DNA of 48,377 bases, from assembly GCA_965659025.1 (NCBI GenBank), contig CBFHTW010000003.1:1-48377 (forward strand). Direction: 5' to 3'. The notes beneath the pieces were generated by a model, which did not search any database, was not told the origin of the DNA, and saw only the letters and a list, made by a program, of their open reading frames with translations. Origin of the DNA: Minisyncoccia bacterium (GTDB lineage Bacteria; Patescibacteriota; Minisyncoccia; Phycocordibacterales; UBA2100). Positions within the stretch are counted from its first letter, which is position 1, and the number at the start of each line of letters is the position of its first letter. The position numbers and the translations under genes are program-made. Below are positions 17,481 through 24,797 of the stretch, piece after piece.

Positions 17481-20012
17481 ATGGACAGCTCCTTCCTACA
17501 GAAAATCAAAGAACGGGTCGGCGAGTGGCGAAGTGGTGGCTACCAAGGCGTCGAGCAGGAAACCCTTACCATCCTCAAGTACATCAAAAGCGTACGTTTC
17601 CTCCACGCGCCGCAGGTAGAGGCACTTGAGACATACATCTATCTCAAGGAGGTCGTTGGTAATAAGCACTCACTGTCGGTCTTCCGCTCGCTTTTTGAGG
17701 ATGAGCGCGAACTCCTACGGGCACTCGGTACCTCTGATGCTGATGCGCTTGACATCGCGTACGACAAAGCGAAAGACGCGCGTATACAGGCGCTCCTTGA
17801 GAGTAAGTTCGGAAGCTCCGATTACGCCAATCAGGTCTATGCGCTGGCGATGGGCTCGGGCAAGACGATTTTGATGGCAACGATGATGCTCTACGATTTC
17901 GTGCTCTCGTACTACCATCCCGAGGACGAACGCTTCGCCAAGAACATACTCGTCTTCGCGCCCGATACGACCATCATAGACAGCTTGAAAGAGATAAAGA
18001 CCTTCGACTATACGAAAGTGCTCCCGAAGGGTTATCGCAATATCCTACTCAACATCAAGTATCACTATCTCGAAAGTCCCGATACACCGCTTTCTCCCAT
18101 CGGCAACTACAACATCATTGTCTCGAACTCACAGAAGATAATCCTCAAGCGCCGCAATACCACGAACCCTACAAAGTCGCTCTTTGCCGAGAAGTCGAAG
18201 CTCGAACGCCAGATGAGCGAGAACGGGCGTCTCGCCACTATCCGTCAACTCGAACGCCTCGCTATCTTCGTGGACGAAGCGCATCACAGCTACGGCAAGA
18301 CGATGGATAACGAGCTCAAGCGCACCCGAGAGACGATTGAATATCTCCACGGCAACAAGCCGCTCGTTTCGGTCGTGAACCTCACGGGTACGCCGTATGT
18401 GCAGAACAAAATGATTGCCGATGTCGTATATCACTTTGGCCTCAAGAGCGGTATTGAGAAAGGCATCTTGAAGCAGGTGCGTATCTTGGATTACGGGAAC
18501 GTGCGCGAGGAGAAGTTCGTGGAGGATGTCGTTGAGACATTCCTAAACGAGTACGGAGAGCACCGTCTCGAAGGCCGACTGCCCAAAATGGCGTTCTATG
18601 CAGCGAGCATCGCTGACCTTCGTGGCTTACGGCAGGTGGTAGAGCGTACGCTTGCCAGTAAGGGGATAGCCCTCGACAAGGTACTCGAATATCACACGGA
18701 AGCGGAGGAGAATAAGGATGAGTTCCAAAAGCTCGACACCGCCGAAAGTAATAAGCAGTTCGTACTTCTCGTCGGCAAGGGAACGGAGGGCTGGAACTGT
18801 CGCTCGCTCGTAGCGTGCGCCCTTTACCGCGAGCCAAAGAGTACCATCTTTGTCCTCCAATCCTCGACGCGCTGCCTTCGCGCTATCGGCGACAACTCCA
18901 CTGTTGCCCGCATCTTCCTCTCAAAGGATAACTACAAAGTGCTCGATAAGGAGCTCAAAAATAACTTCGATACCAGCGTCGCAGAGCTTTCCGCTCAAGA
19001 CCAGAAAGCGATTGACCACGAGCTCAAGGTGGAGCGCCGCAAGAAGGTAAAAGTAAAGAAAGTACTCAAAGAGATGGCGACCGCGGAAGCAGTGGATACG
19101 AGTGGCATCAAGCTCGACTTTAGCAAGTTCAAGGCATCAGAATATCTTTCATTCGTTGGCGAGGGAGGTATCCTCGTGAACGATGATGGTCGTGCGGGGT
19201 ACACCGAGGCGCGTGCAAATCGGCGAGTGGAGGATACACAAAATCTGACATTCTACGAGATAGCGGAGGTCATAAATCGCTATACGCACCTATCGTGCTC
19301 CTCCATTGCGGACATCATCGAGCGGAGCGGCAAGACACGCACCGAGCTCGTACAGCAAGCCAATGAAAGTCCAGCACTCATTCCATTCCTCGTGCAGGAA
19401 GTTCTCGAAAAGGCGTACCGCTACGAATGGCGCGAGGAGACGATTGAGGAAGAACTTGAGCTCACAAAGCTCTACCCGTTCAAGATAACCGTCCAGCACG
19501 ACCGTAATATCCTCGTCGTCTACAAGGAGCAAGAGGAGCAGGACGGCCACAAGAGCCGCATCGGTTTCCATATCAACCCGTACAACTTCGACAGTAGCGA
19601 CGAAAAGGACTTGTTCCGCTATCTCCGTGATTATCTCAAGGAGGACGAAGCCGTGGTGGACGTGTATTTCACGGGTGGCGTGATAGACGCGATACACAAC
19701 GATTTTTATTTCGAGTATTGGAACCCAGAACGTCAGTGCTACGCACGGTATTTTCCTGACTTCTTGGTAGAGACGACGAAGGGTCGCTATCTCATCATCG
19801 AGGTAAAGAGCAATGCCGAGCGTATGGACTACGAGGCAAACGCCAAGAACTACACGGGCAAGGTGGAGGAGCTCACGAACGAGGTCTTTGCCAAGCAGGT
19901 CGGCTTCGAGGAGTTCCAAAAGACAAACGCGAACTTCGAGTACCGCATCATTTTCAACGCAGGTATCCAAGCGGAGCAAGCACGGTTGCTCGAGGAAGTG
20001 CGCTCGCTATGA
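17481..20012 (+). CDS. res: Type III R-M restriction subunit (SF2 helicase plus PD-(D/E)xK nuclease)
   Basis: AMGSGKT, DEAH, TGTP, EGWN, and C-terminal YFPDFLV..IIEVK. Confidence 0.9.
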   Translation: MDSSFLQKIKERVGEWRSGGYQGVEQETLTILKYIKSVRFLHAPQVEALETYIYLKEVVGNKHSLSVFRSLFEDERELLRALGTSDADALDIAYDKAKDARIQALLESKFGSSDYANQVYALAMGSGKTILMATMMLYDFVLSYYHPEDERFAKNILVFAPDTTIIDSLKEIKTFDYTKVLPKGYRNILLNIKYHYLESPDTPLSPIGNYNIIVSNSQKIILKRRNTTNPTKSLFAEKSKLERQMSENGRLATIRQLERLAIFVDEAHHSYGKTMDNELKRTRETIEYLHGNKPLVSVVNLTGTPYVQNKMIADVVYHFGLKSGIEKGILKQVRILDYGNVREEKFVEDVVETFLNEYGEHRLEGRLPKMAFYAASIADLRGLRQVVERTLASKGIALDKVLEYHTEAEENKDEFQKLDTAESNKQFVLLVGKGTEGWNCRSLVACALYREPKSTIFVLQSSTRCLRAIGDNSTVARIFLSKDNYKVLDKELKNNFDTSVAELSAQDQKAIDHELKVERRKKVKVKKVLKEMATAEAVDTSGIKLDFSKFKASEYLSFVGEGGILVNDDGRAGYTEARANRRVEDTQNLTFYEIAEVINRYTHLSCSSIADIIERSGKTRTELVQQANESPALIPFLVQEVLEKAYRYEWREETIEEELELTKLYPFKITVQHDRNILVVYKEQEEQDGHKSRIGFHINPYNFDSSDEKDLFRYLRDYLKEDEAVVDVYFTGGVIDAIHNDFYFEYWNPERQCYARYFPDFLVETTKGRYLIIEVKSNAERMDYEANAKNYTGKVEELTNEVFAKQVGFEEFQKTNANFEYRIIFNAGIQAEQARLLEEVRSL

Positions 20013-20128
20013 CCGAGCCCGAGCCGTTATCGGGGGAGGACATTGGAGAGCTTGCGGAGTTCTTCGACCTGCTGGCGCGGTTCGATTACGAGGATAAAAT
20101 AAGAGAAGGGGCGACACTTGACAAGTAG
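20009..20128 (+). CDS. 39-aa small ORF coupled to res
   Basis: ATGA overlap with the res stop. Reads MTEPEPLSGEDIGELAEFFDLLARFDYEDKIREGATLDK. Confidence 0.5.
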   Translation: MTEPEPLSGEDIGELAEFFDLLARFDYEDKIREGATLDK

Positions 20129-20147
20129 GTATATTGTGTAGTATACT
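20118..20147 (+). promoter_or_regulatory. Sigma70 promoter of the DGR target gene
   Basis: TTGACA-N18-TATACT. Confidence 0.75.
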
Positions 20148-20304
20148 CGTCCCAAGTTCTTTGACTTTCAACTTGCAGGTTTGCCGCAGCAGAGAGCGGC
20201 CGATATTCGGCCTCCGTCTGCTACGGCAAACCCTCGACCCGAGGGAGCCCGCTGGCACCAATGCGTACTTGTCCGAAAGGGCTCATTCGCAAAGGAGAAA
20301 AACT

Positions 20305-20883
20305 ATGAGCGACCTTACGCTCGATGTTGGTCTTGCCGCCAAACTCAAGGTGGCGTTCGCACGCAACGGCTGGACGGAGCAACTGATTGACGCGGCCTGC
20401 GAAGGCGACAAGCTCGGTCAGTTCAAGCAAGTCCTGCTCGGCCACGCCGCCATCAATGTCGTCGAACACGTCATTGACTGCGACGCGCAACCCTTCGTTC
20501 CCGATGGCTGGTCTGTCGAGGAGCATCAGAAGGGCGGCGCGTTCAAGTGGGACAAAGCAACCCAGAAGGACGCCCTCTACCTCTCGAAAGGTCAGGCGGG
20601 CAGCAAGTACATCGAGGGCAACAAGCTCCGCAAGGAGCTCTCGGACAAGAGCACGCCCGTGCTCAACGCCAACGTCCTCGACTACCTGCTCGCCAACCCG
20701 CACCTCATCCCCGAGGAGTGGAAGGGCAAATACGTCTTCTTCTGGGGGACGGTGTACCGCGGCCGCGGTGGCGGCCTGTACGTCCGCTGCCTCTGCTGGG
20801 GCGACGGCAGGTGGGACTGGAGCGGCGACTGGCTCGGCAGCGGCTTCGACGGCAACGACCCCGCCGCGGTGCGTGCAAGTTGA
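20305..20883 (+). CDS. DGR target protein (192 aa) with C-terminal variable region
   Basis: SD AAGGAG before ATG 20305. The last ~41 codons match TR with adenine-only differences. No signal peptide evident. Confidence 0.92.
   Translation: MSDLTLDVGLAAKLKVAFARNGWTEQLIDAACEGDKLGQFKQVLLGHAAINVVEHVIDCDAQPFVPDGWSVEEHQKGGAFKWDKATQKDALYLSKGQAGSKYIEGNKLRKELSDKSTPVLNANVLDYLLANPHLIPEEWKGKYVFFWGTVYRGRGGGLYVRCLCWGDGRWDWSGDWLGSGFDGNDPAAVRAS
20754..20878 (+). repeat. DGR variable repeat (VR)
   Basis: 125-bp ungapped match to 21201-21325 with 19 mismatches, all opposite TR adenines. Confidence 0.97.
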
Positions 20884-20934
20884 ACTTGGTGCTCTGAACC
20901 TCTGAACCCTTGGGCTCTTGGTTCTTTGCACTTT

Positions 20935-20960
20935 GACCCGCGCTGGAAACGGCGCGGGTC
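20935..20960 (+). other. Post-VR hairpin with GAAA loop (DGR target-recognition element and/or terminator)
   Basis: GACCCGCGCTG-GAAA-CGGCGCGGGTC, ~55 bp after VR. Confidence 0.7.
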
Positions 20961-20967
20961 TTTGCTT

Positions 20968-20976
20968 TGCTATACT
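20968..20976 (+). promoter_or_regulatory. Extended -10 promoter, candidate start of the TR RNA
   Basis: TGCTATACT about 225 bp upstream of TR. Confidence 0.45.
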
Positions 20977-21200
20977 CAAGAAAGGCGGTAGGTGAATACG
21001 CGGGCGATTACGGTTTCCCGCTACCGATGCCAGTGCGCGTACGTCGAGAGCGTTCCCGATTACGGTTTGGAGCGGAGTGGCGCACGAGGCACTCAAAAGT
21101 ATGAAGATACTTGGTGTGGGATGCTATGCGAGTGTAGCTCGCGAATACGATACAACCTCAAGAGTATTCAAGAGGTGGTGGTACGGACGGCATCCCATAC

Positions 21201-21325
21201 GAACCGCAACCGCGATGGCAACCTGTACGTCCGCTACCTCTACTGGAACGACGGCAGGTGGAACTGGAGCAACAACTGGCTCGACAACGACTTCAACGGC
21301 AACAACCCCGCCGCGGTGCGTGCAA
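21201..21325 (+). repeat. DGR template repeat (TR)
   Basis: Adenine-rich copy of VR with 11 AAC codons, followed by hairpin ACCCCGC-TAACT-GCGGGGT at 21341-21359. Confidence 0.97.
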
Positions 21326-21346
21326 CTCTCTTCACTTCTCACCCCG

Positions 21347-21739
21347 CTAACTGCGGGGTTGAGTTTTGGTGAGCTGCCCGCTCCAACCGCCGAGCATCTT
21401 GCCGATTTCCTCCACCTTCAAGGAAAGCAGGCCGTACTTGTTCGTATCAATAGATTTCGTCTCCCACAACACCATCAGGAGCACTTTGAGTGTATCTGTC
21501 TTTCGTATCGCTGCGCGGACGTAGGGGCGTTTTTCCTCTCGCGAGAGAAAACTCGCCGATGCTATCATTTCCATAATCTCAATGAACAATGTATCTATAC
21601 GCTGACCGAGTGAGTGCCTATGGAGTTTGGGCAGTATTTGATAGAACGCGTACCACTGGAGGTACGCCGCTTTCACGCTCTGTAAAAGAGGCAAGAGCTT
21701 CGGGGGGGGGGTAGATTTATGGCTATCAAACTCGCTCAT
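21347..21739 (-). CDS. avd: DGR accessory variability determinant (Avd-like four-helix bundle), opposite strand
   Basis: 130 aa, basic, LPK..R..LG..I and EIGKMLGGW motifs. Start placed at ATG 21739. Confidence 0.85.
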   Translation of the reverse strand: MSEFDSHKSTPPPKLLPLLQSVKAAYLQWYAFYQILPKLHRHSLGQRIDTLFIEIMEMIASASFLSREEKRPYVRAAIRKTDTLKVLLMVLWETKSIDTNKYGLLSLKVEEIGKMLGGWSGQLTKTQPRS

Positions 21740-22720
21740 TCCTACGAGAGTATCATCTCGCTGGATAATCTCCTCGAAGCGTGGTGTGAGTTTGTGCGCG
21801 GCAAGAGAAAGCGGAAAGATGTGCAAGAGTTCGAGCTTCGCTTGATGGATAACGTCCTCTCACTCCACAGGGATTTACGCGAAAAGACCTACACCCATTC
21901 TGACTACGAGGCGTTTAGCATCTCCGACCCTAAACCGCGCAACATACATAAAGCGAGTGTGCGCGACCGTCTCCTTCATCACGCGATTTACCGTCTGCTA
22001 TATCCGTTCTTCGACAAGGGTTTCGTGGGAAGTTCGTACTCGTGCAGAAAGAGTAAGGGCACGCATAAAGCGATTGAGCACTTTCAGCAGCTCGCGTATA
22101 GCGCATCTCATAATCACACGCGCACTGTGTGGGTGCTGAAATGCGACGTGCGTAAGTTCTTTGCATCCATAGACCAAGAGCGTCTTCTGCGGATACTCGA
22201 GACGCGCATACCAGACAGCGAAGTACTTTGGCTTCTCGGGCAAATCGTACGCAGCTTCGAGAGTACGGGAACGGGCTTCGGCTTGCCCCTCGGGAACCTG
22301 ACCTCGCAGCTCCTCGTGAATATCTATATGAACGAGTTTGACCAGTTCGTGAAGCACACGCTCAAATCGAAGGCCTATGTGCGATACGCGGACGATTTCG
22401 TACTCCTATCTCGAGACAGGGCAGAACTTGAGCAGCAACTCCCGCGCATCGAGGCGTTTCTTTGGGACGAGCTGCGGCTTACGCTCCACCCCGACAAAGT
22501 GTTCATCAAAACGCTGGCGTCAGGCGTGGACTTTCTCGGGTGGGTGCATTTCCCTGACCATCGCGTTGTCCGTACGACCACCAAGCGTCGTATGCATCGC
22601 CGTCTCGAGCAGATGGAGTGGAAGGAACAGAGCGTCCAGTCGTATCTTGGCCTCTTGAGCCACGGTAATGCGGCGAAGCTACAGCAGCGGATTAGGCGGC
22701 AGCAAGCAGCTCGGGAATAG
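21719..22720 (+). CDS. DGR reverse transcriptase
   Basis: RDRLLHHA, KCDVRKFF, GLPLGNLTSQ (DGR-type GxxxSQ), YVRYADD and DFLG motifs. No maturase or endonuclease extension. Confidence 0.96.
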   Translation: MAIKLAHSYESIISLDNLLEAWCEFVRGKRKRKDVQEFELRLMDNVLSLHRDLREKTYTHSDYEAFSISDPKPRNIHKASVRDRLLHHAIYRLLYPFFDKGFVGSSYSCRKSKGTHKAIEHFQQLAYSASHNHTRTVWVLKCDVRKFFASIDQERLLRILETRIPDSEVLWLLGQIVRSFESTGTGFGLPLGNLTSQLLVNIYMNEFDQFVKHTLKSKAYVRYADDFVLLSRDRAELEQQLPRIEAFLWDELRLTLHPDKVFIKTLASGVDFLGWVHFPDHRVVRTTTKRRMHRRLEQMEWKEQSVQSYLGLLSHGNAAKLQQRIRRQQAARE

Positions 22721-22915
22721 CGATTTTGTAGCGAAACTCGGACTTTCCCTCCAAAAGGACGGTTCTAACTTCGTCCAATGCCCGCAGCCGCGTAAAGACT
22801 CGCAAGGCCTCGTCCACGCGGCTTCGCCAGTCGTGCAAGTCGATATTGTGCGTACATATCCAAAGTAGTAGTCTTTACGCGAGCCACGTGGTGAGTCCGC
22901 GAACTTTACGTGGCC

Positions 22916-23185
22916 ATGTATATGTATTGGACATACATTCTCGAAAACCAGGATGATAAAAGTTGGTATATTGGATATTCTTCCGATCTGAAACAACGGC
23001 TTAAAACACACCAAGCAAAACGGGGTGGTCAGACAACCAGTCGAAAAGAAAATTGGAAGTTGATGTATTGTGAGGGATATTTAAGCAAAGCAGATGCGGA
23101 AGGCAGAGAACGGTTTCTAAAAAGCGGTGCGGGTCGGAAGTTTATAAAGAAGCAACTTGTAAATTATTTAAGCCAATCAGTTTGA
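22916..23185 (+). CDS. Small stand-alone GIY-YIG nuclease
   Basis: WTYIL..WYIGYSSDLKQRLKTH..AEGRERFLKSGAG. Confidence 0.88.
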   Translation: MYMYWTYILENQDDKSWYIGYSSDLKQRLKTHQAKRGGQTTSRKENWKLMYCEGYLSKADAEGRERFLKSGAGRKFIKKQLVNYLSQSV

Positions 23186-23229
23186 GATAGATTCCCTGGC
23201 CGGACAGGCGGACTCCGAGGAGCATAAAT

Positions 23230-23649
23230 ATGACACCAGAAAATCAAGCTACAATAATAGGAATAGCCGGGACACTTTTGGGTGTTCTTGCCGGAGCAAT
23301 TCTGAATCATTTTTTAGAAAGGAATAGAAACAAGAGAACACTAATTCTAAATAAAAAGATCGATATTTATTCATCTCTTCTAGTTAAATTGAATACAGTA
23401 TTTCAGGATAGTGAAAATAATATTATTACAAACCCCCATTTCAAAAAGACAATTCATACCATATTAGCTAAATCTCTTTCCGAGGCTAGATTAATTGCCG
23501 GTAGAAAACTCGAATCGAAGTTAAGAGATTATTACGAAGAAACCGTCCTTTTCTGGGAACAGGGGAAAAATGATGACGTGTTACCTAAAATAGTTATTGA
23601 GATTGAACAATTAATGCGTGAAGAAATTGGCCAAAAACGTTTACATTAA
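23230..23649 (+). CDS. AT-rich hypothetical protein with N-terminal TM helix
   Basis: SD GAGGAG, TM segment IIGIAGTLLGVLAGAIL, visibly low GC. Confidence 0.7.
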   Translation: MTPENQATIIGIAGTLLGVLAGAILNHFLERNRNKRTLILNKKIDIYSSLLVKLNTVFQDSENNIITNPHFKKTIHTILAKSLSEARLIAGRKLESKLRDYYEETVLFWEQGKNDDVLPKIVIEIEQLMREEIGQKRLH

Positions 23650-23885
23650 ATCATTCCGAGGAACGTCAAAATGGTAGAATAGAAATAGCGTCAGAAAAGC
23701 CTTGTGGGGATTAATAGAGAATTATCCGAATCCGATGAGGTCAGTCGAGTAGTGAGACCGACCGAGTCTCCTAAGATCGTCATATTTTGCAACGTATCTT
23801 GAGAACGAGTCATGGACTCGAACTTTGGGTAAATCACAAGATTCTATTCTGTTATTGCACACCTACTGAGAGCAGTATTCAGAGC

Positions 23886-23926
23886 AAAAAATAGAGTCGG
23901 CCTTTCGGTCGACTCTTTTTGCTTTT
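23886..23926. terminator. Bidirectional intrinsic terminator
   Basis: AGAGTCGGCC-TTTC-GGTCGACTCT flanked by A and T tracts. Confidence 0.75.
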
Positions 23927-23940
23927 TACTTTGACAGCCG

Positions 23941-24672
23941 TCAGGCTGCTTTTTCAGTTGGCGATGTCATCTCCGATTGCTCGGGCAGGCGATAGCCTCG
24001 GCCCCACACTGTCTCGATGAATTTTTCCGAGTCAGGGTGGACATCCATCAGCTTGCGCCGGAGCTTGCAGACGAACACGTCGATAATCTTCATTTCCGGC
24101 TCGTCCTCCACACCGCCCACGTACATCTGCGTCAGGATCATCTCCTTCGACAACACGCGACCGGGACTCGTTGCGAACAAAAGCATCATTGTCAATTCCT
24201 TGCCGGTGAGGTGTACCGGGAAGCCGTTGATCAGCACCGACTTGGTCGTCAGATTGATCTTGAGCTTCGCTTCGCCGTTTTGGTACTCGACGATGTCGAG
24301 CAGCGATCCTTTGAACCGCCTCGTGACGGCACGGAGCGACGCAACCAACTCGCGGGGATTGACTGGTCCGCGAATCAAATCGTCGCCGCCATTTTCCAGG
24401 AACACCGCTCGTTGATCGCCCCATACCCGATCCTCCGATCCGCGCGAGATGCCGATGATTGAAGTCGCGATCTTCTTCACTCGCAGACCGCGAGCGGCGT
24501 AAATGCCAAGACCGCTTTTCTCCAGATCAAGCACGCCCGCGTCGTATAGGCCGTCTTGGAGCCAGATCTGTAAGTCCTCGGCGTCCTCGACATCCTGTTT
24601 CTCGACGGCAATGCCATTGTCCCGCAAGAAAACGATCGTGGTGTCGTCGAGTCCCGCTGATAGGACTTTCAT
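23941..24672 (-). CDS. OmpR-family response regulator with CtrA-like DNA-binding domain and degenerate receiver
   Basis: VHLTGKE..KEM..Y..DEPEMKIIDVFVCKLRRKL..IETVWGRGY. SD AGGGAG. Confidence 0.85.
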   Translation of the reverse strand: MKVLSAGLDDTTIVFLRDNGIAVEKQDVEDAEDLQIWLQDGLYDAGVLDLEKSGLGIYAARGLRVKKIATSIIGISRGSEDRVWGDQRAVFLENGGDDLIRGPVNPRELVASLRAVTRRFKGSLLDIVEYQNGEAKLKINLTTKSVLINGFPVHLTGKELTMMLLFATSPGRVLSKEMILTQMYVGGVEDEPEMKIIDVFVCKLRRKLMDVHPDSEKFIETVWGRGYRLPEQSEMTSPTEKAA

Positions 24673-24797
24673 GCCATATCTCCCTGTTTGAAGAGCTTCA
24701 GATTCCTACTTCTAAAGCAAAATAAATCACAGGTCGGCTTCTTTGTCTACGCAAAGAAAAAGGCCCCCGAAGGAGCCTTGGCCGAAGCCACAGTAGT

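Larger units (their letters stand above)
11957..22769. mobile_element. tRNA-Gln-associated integrative element carrying Type III R-M and a DGR
   Basis: Two recombinases next to a tRNA, defence cargo, 10-bp direct repeat CGGTTCTAAC at 12017-12026 and 22760-22769. Right end uncertain; foreign-looking DNA continues to ~25900. Confidence 0.65.

Noticed and set aside
20224-20260. c-di-GMP-I riboswitch suggested by GGCAAACC
   Set aside because: It lacks the GNRA loop and the GACGCAAAG segment, and GGCAAACC is paired in an upstream hairpin.
20992-21372. ORF over TR that looks like a paralogue of the target C-terminus
   Set aside because: TR is stop-free in the VR frame by design. There is no convincing RBS and the N-terminal part is unrelated, so it is treated as template RNA.
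21719-22720. RT as a group II intron, retron or Abi RT
   Set aside because: The GNLTSQ motif, short length, adjacent Avd and an adenine-specific TR/VR pair identify a DGR.
23521-23535. TTAA-N7-TTAC CtrA-box-like match
   Set aside because: It lies inside an AT-rich coding region where such matches are expected by chance.
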